From Gekko japonicus (Eukaryota), in assembly GCF_001447785.1 (NCBI RefSeq), contig NW_015162489.1, positions 1,191,618 through 1,255,617 on the forward strand: a DNA stretch of 64,000 nt. The letters are read 5' to 3'. Each line of letters starts with the position of its first letter. The stretch's first letter is position 1. Position numbers and translations under genes: made by a program. This document shows, piece after piece, positions 39,301-50,260 of this stretch. The notes beneath the pieces are model-generated. The model saw only the letters and a list, made by a program, of their open reading frames with translations, made no database searches and was not told the origin of the DNA.

Positions 39301-42300
39301 TGGTGAACAGCTGGGTGGAATCTTCAGCTTTGATGATCCTGTTATTTCCTTCCTCCCGGGCATGTTGTCCTACTAGTCATCTTGCAGATGATGCCTTATA
39401 AGCTCTGTACCTAAAGCAGGCTTGACTGAGGGGCTCTGGGATATCATTGATTCTTGCATATATTTGCAAGAAACTGTCGATGTAGTCAGAAAACTGGAGG
39501 CTACAAGTATCACTGTTTCTAAGGGATGGGGGTTAAACACACCTGTGAGTGCCATTGCCTGAGGAGAAATTTGCACATACAAGCTGCTTTAAGTCCCATT
39601 AGGAAAAAGAGAGACCCTTTCCCCCCATTGGGGCCTAAAACAGTTAAGAGGCACTGAATACAAAGGGAAGGGTTAAAACCCTGTCACAGTATTGTAGCCC
39701 TTTTCCCAGTGAGGAAGCACAATAGCTGTTTCCAAGAGAATTAAAGGGAGAGGTAATCGTGGATCTGTCTTCTCCAGTTAATCCCTTGAAAATAATGTTA
39801 ATTGTAGCTGCCACTTTTCTAGCTGTGTTGCGTGCTTCTTGCGTACATTGTAATAGTACTTTGAGTTAAGCCTCTTTTCAGCTACAGTCTTTCTGATACT
39901 CTGCCACCAAACTCATTCAGAAGCATAAAGCTGTTCAGGAACCAGCTTCTGCTTGACTCCCAAGTCTCTGCCCCACCAACCTTCAAGATTTCGTTTTACT
40001 AACTGTACCTTGTCTTTGCTAATTTTGTCTGTGCTCCCTGTTATGCCGTGGATTCCAACTGCTCTGTGTATCTGTGTAAAACTTTAAAATAATAAAAAAC
40101 TTGCCAAAGTTATTGCCCAAGTTAGCCCCTACTCCTGGAATACCTCATTCATTCTAGGTCTCCCAGAGCTTATCCCTCTTAACATACTGAACCTTCTCCC
40201 TAAATCTGTATTGGGAACAACAGTTGATAAATATTTTGATGTACTTCTGAGCAAGGCACACTTTAAACGTAGCAACACTGACTCATTTATTGATGCTAAG
40301 AATGCAAAGTGTGTTACTTGTTTGCTTTCTTGCTGTCTCCTCCTTAACACTGGACATTCCAGCTCTGTTTTAGGGCTTGGTTCTGTGTACTAAGAAAAGC
40401 CTCTCTTGGCTGCTCTAATCAGTGGGCATTCCAGATTTCCTGAATGGAATACAGTCTATCAATTGTATAGTTCTGCTTCAACTAGTCCATCTCAAAGCTG
40501 GGGGCGGGGAGAATTGGAGAGGAGAAGAATGGAAATGGAAGGCTAAACCAGAACTGAAGCTAGGGGTTATATACATATTCTTTCCAGCTATTTCTTCTTA
40601 AATAGCTGATGCACAGAACCTTGGTTGAGATCCAGGCATGGCGTGGAGGAGTTTATAACCAATTTACAACCCCAAATAAACCTGCAGAGATAGCTGCTTG
40701 CTTCAGTTGGACAGGCAAAAAGGTCCTGATAAAGTCCAGGTACATGACCAGTATGTGTGTATGTTTGTTTATTGCATTTATACCCCATTTTTCTCTCCAG
40801 TGGGGACCCAAATTGGCTTCACATCATTTTGCTCTATTTTATCCCCACAACAATCCTCTATGATAGTTGAGGCCATGTGTGTGTGAGAGATTGGCTAAGG
40901 TCAGTCAGCGAGCTTCCAGGGTAGAGTGGGGATTCTTACCTGGGTCTTCCAGATCCTAGTTCAATGCTCTTAACCACTAAACCACATTGGCTCTCTAAAA
41001 AGGCAAATAGCAGCCCCATGGGGTTATCTCGAGTCAGAAAACAAGGCAGAGGAGAAAAGCTCAGACCTCCCCTTCTGCTGTACCATGGTCCTTCTTATGT
41101 GAACTGGAACCTTGCACACCCACTGTTTAAACAAACAAAACCTGGGTGCTCCATGTGCAGAATTCTCAGCGTCTAGTCTGGTTTGGCCCTGAAGACTGAT
41201 AGGCAAGAAAGGCTGCATACCTATAGCTGCTGAAGACTCACAAGTTGTCTGTTGGAAGCTTTCATGAGAGGTTGTCTTGATTGTTTGTCTATATGGATTT
41301 AGTAACTTGTTCTGTTGGATTTATTAATGAGACCAGCATACCATGGTCTTTGCTTGAGTAGTGGGCTGGCTTAATACTTTTATAAAGCATTTCAGAAATG
41401 GCATCTTGGCTATCCTTAACATAGATTGTAAAGTATGGTGGTAGTATTATCCTCCATGTTGTAGATGGGGTGGTGGTGTCAGAGCAGAGACTTAGGAATG
41501 GTAACTTGCCCAAGGCCACAAAAGGGTTATGATCCAAAGGCGTCCTTGTTGGCGCTTCCACTGCTGAAGTAATTGCCAGTTTAAAGTGTGTAAACTTTTC
41601 ATCATAGAAAAGCAGAGCTCCAATGCCGCTGCTGCTGTCAGTGACGGGTGGAGTGGAATGTTCAATGGTGACTTTAAGTTTGGAATTTCAGGCTTTGTGT
41701 TGTGCTCGTCTTTTTCTTTCTTTCGCCATCTGGTGAGTTCACAGTAGAAGTGACAAAGGCGCAACCTCCAGTACATATTCCAAATTGTGGCCTACCACAT
41801 CATTTTGCTCATTGGGCAGGGGTGGCTCTTGGCTCAGGCAACTGCAATGGCCCCTGTGGTGCCAGCAGTGTGGGCAGTGACAACAGGCATGGCTTATGCC
41901 CATCATTCCCTTCTGGATCCACAAAATGACCAACTGGGTTGCTCCCAGTGGATGTGGCTAAATGCAGCTCTCGTCTCTCCCCTTGCTTTTTGTTTGCAGA
42001 TTTTTTTGATTGATCTTGCTGGGGTGGCGGGGAGGTTTCATTCAGGCCACAAAGTCATCCACTGAGCTGGTAACAACCATCACTTTCTTAGTCTTTATGC
42101 CGTGCTTATACTGCTTTGCATATAGAAGGCACAGAATTGAATGTTTCTAACTCAGCTTCTTTTTGCATTGCAGATTAACAAGCAGAATGAGCAGATGCAT
42201 GCCCTTCTGGCGATTGCACTCACCATGTATCCTATGCGCATAGACGAAAGCATTCACCTGCAGCTTAGAGAGAAGTATGGGGACAAGATGCTGCGCATGC

Positions 42301-45300
42301 AGAAGGGAGACCCTCAAGTCTATGAAGAGCTTTTTAGCTATTCCTGCCCCAAGTTCCTTTCTCCTGTGGTTCCCAACTATGACAACGTCCATCCCAACTA
42401 CCACAAGGAGCCTTTCCTGCAGCAGTTGAAAGTCTTTGCCGATGAAGTTCAGCAACAAGCCCAGCTCTCCACCATCCGCAGCTTTCTAAAGCTCCACACC
42501 ACTATGCCAGTCGCCAAGCTGGCTGGCTTCCTGGACCTCACTGAGCAGGAGTTCTGCATCCAGCTGCTGGTCTTTAAGCACAAGATGAAGAACCTGGTCT
42601 GGACAAGTGGGATCTCTGCCCTGGATGGGGAGTTCCAGTCAGCCTCAGAGGTGGACTTCTACATTGACAAGGTTTGTCACCTCTCTCTATCCACAGTAGG
42701 AAGTTCAGGCTGTTCAAGCTGTGCAGTTCTTAGAACTTCCATCTCCTGGCAGTTGTTTGGAGGCCTTGGAGAGGAATGTGCTCTCCATTTGAGGACTGAG
42801 TTCAAATCAGGAATGAGAGGGTAGTGTGAACATTGACATCACATATATTTGTAGTGCAGCCTACCACATGAGGTACATTATCTTTCCATATCAACAGCCA
42901 CAAATGCTTATATTCAAAGTAGGATCTTCCGCAGCTCTTGCCAAAGCATTCCATGCTGCTCTGAATTCTACTGTACTCCATGGTCCGATTTTCCCTTTTT
43001 GTCTGTTGCAGAGACATCCTATTAAATGGATAATGCACCGCTCATGCCATCATCAAATTGGTTCCTTTTCTAATGGGATGTGCTATGTGTCCTCTGAGTA
43101 ACACTTTATCTGTTCTTACAAGAAAATAATCTAATCTTGCATTTGTATTAATTCTGTTTCTTGGAGAGCACTTACAGTGCAGTCCTAAGCAGTTACTCTC
43201 ATCTAGGTCTGTTGAAGTTAGTGGGTTTAGAACAGTTTAACTCTGCCTGGGATTGCACTGCTCCAAGTCTTTTCCCCCTTCCTGGATGTTTTTATGTTCC
43301 CCGTGTGGGTGGTGAGTATCACGCTTTTATCCCACCTGTTTTGTCCAAGGAGTTCATGGTGACATTTGTCACCATGAATCCTTGCTCCCTCAAAATACTG
43401 TTTAATATTCATCTCTTTTTAAAGTATTTTTATTGTGTGCGCACACGCGCCTGAGCCTGGAAGTTTTAGCAACTTCTGGCAACCTCTAGTGGGGCATGGA
43501 GGACGTTCAGAGAAGTGGCTTGATAGCCTGCCTGCCTCCGCCTCCTGGCCCTGGTATTCCAAGGAGATCTCCCATCCAAATACTTGCCAGCGTCGGCCCT
43601 GCTTACCTTCTGAGATCTGACAAGACTTGCCTGGGCTATCCAGATCAGGGCATTTTCAATTCTTTTTTTTCTTTTTTTAAAATCCCTGGAGGGACATTTT
43701 TTATAAGACTACAAAACTACAAAGAAATATAAGGGAAGGGGATTACATCTAAGGATAAAGGATAGATAACCACACTACACTAAAAACCCAAGAGGAGGAG
43801 ATCATATCCGTGTTAATCTAAGTGTTATTAATAAAAGTGTTAGTACAACAACATACTTGTAGAGTTCTTGTTTGTCTCAGCTTCAATGTTAGTATGTTAG
43901 TTGTTGTGAGAGAACTTTCTGAGCATCTTGTTATTTGCTTCAAAAGGCAATTTTCAGAGTCCTTCTGCCTTTACTTAAGTCTTCTATCTCTGAAATCATA
44001 TGTAACTTTCATTGCGCTTGCTCCTGTTTCTACAGCAGAGTCCTCATCCATTCTAGAGGTAGCAGGGTCACTTGATTTCGATTCTTCATCTTTGGATTCT
44101 TCCTCCAATCCCAACTGACGTCTCAAAAATTCTTTGGCTTTAAAAATGGAGTCAATCTTTTCTCTTTTGTTGTTGATTTTAAAGATGACACGCTCTGGGA
44201 TTGCCCACCTGTACAAAATTCCATTGGTTTGAAGAAAGGAAATTAAGTCCTTGTAGCTTTTCCTCTTTTGACGAATTTCAAATGGAATGTCTTTTAAAGT
44301 TTTAATGTTTATATTCCCCATTTTCAGTGGAGTTGCTGAAGTCGCTTTTAAAATAGCATCTCTGGTCTGTCTTCTTGAGAATCTGACCACAATTTCTCCA
44401 GGCAGGCTATTTTTTATATATATAGTTGGAGTATGCCCTATAAGCAGTCTCCATCTCTTTTACTACTTCATCCGCTGTTGAGCCTATTGCTGGAGCAATG
44501 ATCTCGCTGATCAGCTTCCTCAGAGCCTCCTTCGCCGATTCAGGAACTCCCTGGAATCTGAGAATCATGTTGGCTTTTTCCATTTGTAGCTGTAACAAAC
44601 GGTTTTCTTAGATGTTTTGTTTTGCTTCAATTTCCCCCATTCTTTTCTTCATTTTCTTGTTTGTGGTGTCTATCTCTTTAATTCTCTCAGTCGTATGCTC
44701 CACCTTCTTCGCCGTTTCTGCCAGTTGGAGCTGCTGGGATGCGAAGTTTTGATTCAGCAAAGTCAGTTGCTGGTTAATACCTTCAAGTTGCTCCATCACC
44801 GGCTTGAGCATATCCGCTAACATTTTCATGACGTCTGCTCCCTCTTCCGGTTTTGGGCTCTGACTACCCGCCGGTTTAGCTTTAAACTTTTTTTGCGAGG
44901 CCGCCATTTTATATGATTGTTTACAATTTCAAACCGGTCCTCGCGGACTCGAAAAATCGTCACCTCGATGTCAGCGCTCAAGTAAGTCTCTCAAAACAAA
45001 ATCGCTGCTTATTTCCCCCCCTGCCCCCTTTGTTACGCTTATCTGTCCATTCGCATAAGAGGCGTCCCTCTTTGCGCTCCACTTTTCCCCCGGGGGTGGT
45101 GGTGGTTCGCTTTTAAAATATTCCGTTTATTTTGAACTCATGTTCATTGTCGGTCATTTCTCTTACCTTGCTCACAGTAATCGATATTCTGCTCAATCTC
45201 CAGCGCTTGTCCCAGTCGAATCAGCTTGTGCCCGAGGGCCACACAGCAGAACAACCGCCATCGCTGATCCACAGACCAGAAGCCATTGCCATTTTCAATT

Positions 45301-46916
45301 CTTGAAATGCAAACAATTTTAAATTAGGATTTCTTCCCCTGCTTCACACCTAGAAGATTAATACCTGCAGTTTTAGAAAAACTACTTTGGGATGTGTACT
45401 ACTTGGTTGTGATTGTACTACAGGTTGGAAACTGTTCATGTAAGAGACTGTAATAGCTTTATAGAACCTGGTAATCTGTTTTGGTTTTTTAAACAAGTAG
45501 TATCTTACAGGAGGAATAAATTCACTGGCTAATGATCTGGCTCGGATGGTGAGGACATTGGTTGGAACACACAGGCCTATTTACTGGCTGGCTTTTATTT
45601 ATTGATAACGGAAGAACAAAATCTGAAAAATAGCCCGATCCCCAGGCTCGATTAAACCTAATACCCAGCAGTTCCTGTTAGCAGATATGGGCTGCTCCTT
45701 ACTGTTGTCTTTCTCTCTTGGCAGGACATGATCCACATTGCAGACACAAAGGTGGCTCGCCGCTATGGTGATTTCTTCATCCGTCAGATCCATAAGTTTG
45801 AGGAGGTGAGCTACTCGGGTTATTGAGTGGGGCAACTCACTAAAACAAAATGGTGTCTTCAAGATAAGAGGTGAAGTGAAACACCCTTATGTAGCTTTTC
45901 CACCAGTGCTTCAGAAGAAGGGTGGGTTTGCTTTTTTTTTTTTTTGGTAGAAGGAACATGCACGGGCATCAGTTGTTCTCAGTAGCAGGGCCTCGAAGGG
46001 CTATTGCAGCCATCCTTCTGTGAGAGTAGCGAGTTCTCCAAAAGCTGCATACCTTACCTCTTGTTTCCTGCAGCTTGCAAAGGGTTATGTATCGTGGGTC
46101 CTGTGGCTTCCCAGCAGAGGTCACCAAAACACCAGAAGCCCATCTAGGGATTTCGTTCAAGAGAGTGAGCATTCTGTGAGGTCAATGCTGTGCTGTTTTC
46201 TTCCATTCCTACTGTTTATGCCCTTCTGAATTTCATTATCAGAAGCAGTAGGTGTGGGGCATGGATGGGAAAACAACCGTTCCAGATATTGGCTGGGCAT
46301 CACCTGGGATACTGTCTGTTTTTTTGTCTCTATAACTAAAATGTAAGAATTAAGGATTCAGACACAGCATGCATCAAACTCAAAGTTGAAAGGAGCTAGG
46401 CATATGTAGTCTAGAATAAGAAATTTGGAGACTGGAGGAGAGTTTTTGGATTTCTCAAAAACACCCAAAAGAAGAAGATGACTTGAGGGGAGACAGTGAA
46501 GCAATAGATGCAGGTTGTGTGCAGCTCCTTTGTACTGATTATTGGATTGATTATTGATTTCCTAACTTCAATAGCATGGAATAAATGCTATCGAGCGGAA
46601 TAAATGCTTTTATTTCTCTGGAGGCTGTTAAGTCGGACAAGAACCACTCAGGAGTGATATAGTGCTAAGGAATCCTGTTGTGGATCACTCTTCATCTTAG
46701 TAGTTTCTGTAAGTGGGTTAGATTTAATTCTCTGCCTTAACTACTCAGCATGCTGACAGGGTGAATGATTAGTCTGGTCGTAGCACTGGATGAATGCCCG
46801 ATTCGGCAGTGGCTTCAGGTTATGCATACATGTGTTCCCCTAGAACCAATTTGTAATTAGGTGTATATCTCTTTCAGCTGAATCGGACCCTGAAGAAGAT
46901 GGGCCAAAGACCTTGA
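27017..46916 (+). CDS. EIF3L: Eukaryotic translation initiation factor 3 subunit L, complete spliced CDS (13 exons, 1692 nt, 563 aa)
   Basis: join(27017..27046, 27360..27408, 29741..29951, 31136..31215, 34069..34130, 34275..34344, 36907..36980, 37624..37795, 38654..38808, 39085..39255, 42174..42671, 45725..45805, 46878..46916). All GT-AG, frame intact. Near-identical to the recalled vertebrate eIF3l ([28 protein letters not shown]...[12 protein letters not shown]). Confidence 0.98.
27360..27408 (+). CDS. EIF3L: EIF3L exon 2 ([16 protein letters not shown])
   Basis: 49 nt, polypyrimidine tract + cag / gtgagt. Confidence 0.95.
27817..28058 (+). mobile_element. tRNA-derived SINE (Squam3-type)
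   Basis: Same family as the 3180 copy; (CTT)n tail. Confidence 0.8.
28735..28935 (+). mobile_element. 5S rRNA-derived SINE with BovB/RTE-like tail
   Basis: GATCTCAGAAGCTAAGCAG...CCCTGGTTA...TTGGATGGGAGACC (5S internal promoter region) followed by GGCAATGGCAAACCACCTCTGAA. Confidence 0.8.
29280..29533 (-). mobile_element. 5S rRNA-derived SINE, variant tail (second copy ~43435-43651, minus)
   Basis: 5S head; tail ending gacttccagg...gcacacac. Confidence 0.7.
29741..29951 (+). CDS. EIF3L: EIF3L exon 3
   Basis: 211 nt; [11 protein letters not shown]...IQDIYEN. Confidence 0.97.
30249..30737 (+). mobile_element. Penelope-like element fragment with inverted tail and hammerhead-like motif
   Basis: 14-bp TSD GAGAGCTGTACTAT (30235-30248 / 30738-30751); inverted repeats 30279-30315 vs 30702-30738 and 30316-30353 vs 30524-30561. 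Confidence 0.65.
30520..30584 (+). ncRNA. Type I minimal hammerhead ribozyme-like motif (core variant or degenerate)
   Basis: Stem I UGUAGACAAAC/GUUUGUCUGUA; CUGAAGA; stem II AGGACAC/GUGUACU; AGAAC-UCC-GUC where the canonical core reads GAAAC...GUC. Confidence 0.5.
31136..31215 (+). CDS. EIF3L: EIF3L exon 4
   Basis: 80 nt; [26 protein letters not shown]. Confidence 0.96.
31734..32042 (-). mobile_element. 5'-truncated L1 (ORF2 C-terminus)
   Basis: 19-bp TSD TATCCTCTATGTTGTTCTT (31715-31733 / 32043-32061); minus strand translates to ...[21 protein letters not shown]...AEMDRL. Confidence 0.8.
32282..32982 (-). mobile_element. AT-rich retroposed fragment (probable L1/HAL1 3' UTR)
   Basis: 16-bp TSD TTGTCTGATGTTGTTG (32266-32281 / 32983-32998); AATAAA near an A-rich end; internal ~40-bp tandem duplication. 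Confidence 0.6.
33126..33541. mobile_element. hAT-type MITE with GC-rich interior
   Basis: TIR CAGGGGTCATTTC / GAAATGACCTCTC; 8-bp TSD GTATACGC; splits a Penelope-derived remnant. Confidence 0.75.
34069..34130 (+). CDS. EIF3L: EIF3L exon 5
   Basis: 62 nt; [21 protein letters not shown]. Confidence 0.96.
34275..34344 (+). CDS. EIF3L: EIF3L exon 6
   Basis: 70 nt; [23 protein letters not shown]. Confidence 0.96.
34488..34761 (-). mobile_element. tRNA-derived SINE (Squam3-type)
   Basis: Reverse copy; (AAG)n on the plus strand. Confidence 0.8.
36907..36980 (+). CDS. EIF3L: EIF3L exon 7
   Basis: 74 nt; [24 protein letters not shown]. Confidence 0.96.
37624..37795 (+). CDS. EIF3L: EIF3L exon 8
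   Basis: 172 nt; [18 protein letters not shown]...LEVYTSG. Confidence 0.96.
38654..38808 (+). CDS. EIF3L: EIF3L exon 9
   Basis: 155 nt; [21 protein letters not shown]...IELNKK. Confidence 0.96.
39085..39255 (+). CDS. EIF3L: EIF3L exon 10
   Basis: 171 nt; [16 protein letters not shown]...TYKYEM. Confidence 0.96.
42174..42671 (+). CDS. EIF3L: EIF3L exon 11 (PCI domain)
   Basis: 498 nt; [12 protein letters not shown]...EVDFYIDK. Confidence 0.97.
43665..45289 (-). mobile_element. ORF1-only L1-derived retrotransposon (HAL1-like), full length
   Basis: 14-bp TSD CATTTTCAATTCTT (43651-43664 and 45290-45303); ~380-nt 5' UTR; L1 ORF1p-like frame; ~300-nt 3' UTR; A-rich tail; no ORF2. Confidence 0.8.
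43971..44907 (-). pseudogene. L1 ORF1p-like (Transposase_22: coiled coil, RRM, CTD), ~312 codons, with one stop (44608-44610) and one frameshift (~44410)
   Basis: ORF pieces 44608..44907, 44407..44598 and 43971..44390; motifs [38 protein letters not shown]. Confidence 0.8.
45725..45805 (+). CDS. EIF3L: EIF3L exon 12
   Basis: 81 nt; [27 protein letters not shown]. Confidence 0.96.
46878..46916 (+). CDS. EIF3L: EIF3L exon 13, coding part ([12 protein letters not shown])
   Basis: ctttcag acceptor; TGA at 46914-46916. Confidence 0.96.
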   Translation: MNRTLKKMGQRP

Positions 46917-47077
46917 AAAGTCACCATGAACCATTCTCAAGTTGTCTGGCTTTTTTCTCTGAAAGCAAATGGAGTGGGAGGGGACATGAGCTAAGAAGTC
47001 TGGAATTTTCTATAGTTCTGTGCCATTTTGACTTGGATAGCAGATGGCTCAGCTCATACAAAGGACTAAGAAATCTA

Positions 47078-47083
47078 ATTAAA
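47078..47083 (+). terminator. Candidate EIF3L polyadenylation signal (ATTAAA)
   Basis: ATTAAA ~160 nt after the stop, followed by a GT-rich downstream element. Confidence 0.55.
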
Positions 47084-47483
47084 TGAATGAAACCTGTATG
47101 TGTCTCTGGAGTAACAGTTCATTTGTCCCTTCAAGGGAGAGGTAGCCAGGCTTCCCACTTCCTTAGGTATCATAGCATACTCTGTGGGGAGTGCCCCATT
47201 CCCACTTTCGGGGTGTGTGTTTGTAGGGATGGTTGACAGGCAACACACCCACACACGGGAACTCTCACACAGCAGTTTGATGCTTTAAAAAGTGACCTTG
47301 ATCTGCTCATTGTAAAACAGAACCATGGATCTATATCTCTTTCTTTCCTCTTTTGCTTTACAGCACATGAAGAAGACCTGAAGGGGACAGCTTTTTCTGT
47401 GATGCAGTTTAACTAATTTAACCGTTTCCATTAAGATACTTTTGAAATCTCAAGCAGTAGATTATTTTGCTTTTTTATGGCAC

Positions 47484-47584
47484 ATATATAAAATTCACTG
47501 CCAGTGCCTTATCTAGATTTAACATGAAAAGGTCCCCCTTTCATGTTAAATCTAGATAAGGCACTGGCAGTGAATTTTATATAT
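47484..47584. repeat. Perfect inverted repeat, 46-bp arms with 9-nt spacer
   Basis: 47484-47529 is the exact reverse complement of 47539-47584. Confidence 0.95.
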
Positions 47585-48574
47585 AAATTCCCAATATAAT
47601 TTTTTTACCAAATATGCTGAAATGAACAATGGCTTATTGGTCCCTTTGAAAGTCCTCCACAATGGATCAGGTAGCACTGGAGCAGTGCTTTCAGGTTGCC
47701 TTTAAACTTTTAGGGAACAGAAGCCAATCTATTTCTAGTTGCTTCTTATCTTACAATAGCTGTCAGTGTACGAGTGAAAACAGCAGGTGTTTGGGAAGGG
47801 TTGTTTCAATGATGAGAAAGCACTGTGGAAAGAACACAAGCAGTTTGTTTCCAGTCCCTTCCATTTGCCCTCCATGTACAGAAGCTGCAGTTGCAAATAG
47901 CTTTTATCTTTGTTTATTCGATCTGAGGTTAGAATTGGTTGGGAAATTTTTTTTTGCCTTCTGAGAGGCATCTTGCAATAAGCTGTGTTCATGCATAAAT
48001 TGGAAACCTGCAAAACTTTGTGAAATAAGCATAACCAGGGCAGTGTTTATCCATCACCTTACAGGTTCACAATTCTAAAATGAAATTGACAGTCTTAGAA
48101 TTTGGCATCCAGACAAGTTGCCTGTCTCTTTCCTCCTCCTCTTAAAAAATGTCTTGCACATGTTGTGGAATAATGTTTGCAAATGACTCAGCAATGCCTC
48201 AGAAGCTTAGGAATCAGAGTAGGGTTGAACACATCTGTCAGTTCTTTGCTGCTCTCCCATTCCCCCCCCCCTTGTGGCTATGCTTTCTGACAGTACTAAG
48301 ACCGGTCTTACATTGCTGTCTCCCAGTTTTCTTCTGCCTCCCTGGTCATTGACAGAAAAGCACAAGAACTTAGACTCACTGATCATTGGAGTCTGCAGAA
48401 TATTGTGCAGAGTAAGTGCGCACATTTCCATGTGCGTTACTCTAGCCACTGGATTGATTTTTATTTGCTTGGGCAGAATACACACAATTACTTTACCTGC
48501 AAAGGGAGAAGATTTTAAAATGTCTACCTCACATTCTGTATTGGTCTTCATTGGCAGCTGATTGCAGGCATAGG

Positions 48575-49290
48575 TGTGTGTTAAGTGCTGTCTAGTCACT
48601 TCTGATTTACGGGAACTCTATGAATTAACTTTCTCCAAAACATCCTATTGTTAGCAGCCATCTGCGTGTCTTTCAAACTGCGGGCAGTGGCTTCTTTTAT
48701 TAAATCTATCTCATGTTGGGTCTTCCTCTTTTCTTGTTGCCTCCATTTTTCCTGTGCTATTGTCTTTCCCAGTGACTCATGTCTTCTCATAATGTGACCA
48801 ATGTACAACAGCCTCAGTTTAGCCATTTTAGCTGCTATGAAGAGTTTGGGCTTGATTTGATCTAGAATCCACTTATTTGTCTTTCTGGTGATTCACGATA
48901 TTCGTAAAACTCTCCTCCATCACCACATTTCAAAGGAATCTACTTTCTTCCTGTCAGCTTTCTTCATTGTCCAGCTTTCACACCCATACACAGTAATGCG
49001 GAATACTATGGCATGACTTCACTTGATCTTGGTCACCAGCAACACATCCTTTACACTTAAGGATCTTCTCTAGCTCCTTCACAGCTGCCCTCCCCAGTCT
49101 CAATCTCCTTCTGATTTCTTGGTTGCAGTCTCCCTTTTGGTTGATGATGGAGCCAAGGAATAGGAATCTTGGAACAATTTCAGTTTCTTCATCAGCCTTA
49201 AAGTTATGTAATTCCCCAGTATTCATTACTTCTGTCTTCTTGATGTTCAGCTATAATCCTGCTCTGGTACTTTCTGCTTTTACTTTTAGT
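48575..49290 (-). mobile_element. RTE-clade (BovB-like) LINE 3' fragment
   Basis: FLFLGSIINQKGDCNQEIRRRLRLGRAA and LLYIGHIMRRHESLGKTI peptides. Confidence 0.85.
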
Positions 49291-49394
49291 CGTTTCAAGG
49301 TATATACTAGGCATGAATCTTGACAAGAGAGGGAGGTTCTGTCACAGAGGATTGTCTGGACAGGTTGCAAATGTCTGTTTGCTTTGCTGGATAA

Positions 49395-49735
49395 AGATAA
49401 AGGTTCCCTTGCTCGAAAGCCAGTCGAATCCGACTCTAGGGTTGCGGTATTCATCTCCGTTTCAAAGCCGAAGAGCCAGCGCTGTCTGAAGACGTTTCCG
49501 TGGTCATGTGGCTGGCATGACTAAACACCAAGGTGCACGGTACGCTGTTACCTTCCCACCAAAGTGGTACCTATTTACTTGCAAGTTCTTGCTTTCAAAC
49601 TGCTAGGTTGGCAGGAGCTGGAACTAGAGATGGGAGCTCACTCCATCATGCGGCACCCGGGTCTCGAACTGCTGAACTAGCGACCTTCCACAGCCTGCAG
49701 TTCAGCGTCTTAACCACTTGAGCCACCGTAGCTCC
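49395..49735 (-). mobile_element. Sauria SINE
   Basis: Reverse-complement match to the 61611-61953 copy. Confidence 0.88.
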
Positions 49736-50061
49736 TACACTAATGCAGTATTTCTCAGACTAATTTCTCATCAGCATTTGGGGTGGGGGAAAAAAAAATC
49801 AGCATTTGGGGTGGGGAGTTTGGCTGGCAGGTGTTCATGCACAGAAAGCAACAGTCAAGAAGAAATGGGACTGCATGATCCACAGCAGAGGGTTTGGTTG
49901 GTCCACAAAGGGGCAAAATAAAAAGTTCCTTCCCTGTGGCAGATGAGTGTGATGGGTATGGCTGGCCCTACCTATCAGGGGTTCCTCACATGCAGGGAAC
50001 TATTTTGCTAGTGATCATAATTGCAAGTAACGACTTCCAACCAGCATCTTATTCCAACCAG

Positions 50062-50260
50062 CGCTGACCTGGATGGCTCACGGTAGTCCATCTTGTCAGA
50101 TCTTTGAAGCTAATTAGGGGCAGCCTTGGTTAGTGGTTGGATGGGAGACCAGCAAGGAAGTCCAGGATTGCTGTATAGAGGCAGGCCATGGCAAACCACC
50201 TCTGTTCCTCTCGCCTTGAAAACCCTATGGGGTTGCCATAAATTGGCTGCAACTTCACAC
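50062..50260 (+). mobile_element. 5S rRNA-derived SINE (further partial copies ~7010-7160 and ~52520-52675)
   Basis: Same 5S head plus tail. Confidence 0.75.

Noticed and set aside
41530-42080. Coding-looking stretch in EIF3L intron 10
   Set aside because: Stops in the frames I translated and no recognisable motif; would need BLASTX, so no call is supportable.
43971-44907. Domesticated L1TD1-like host gene
   Set aside because: Disrupted by a stop and a frameshift, and flanked by a TSD and tail; behaves as a TE copy.
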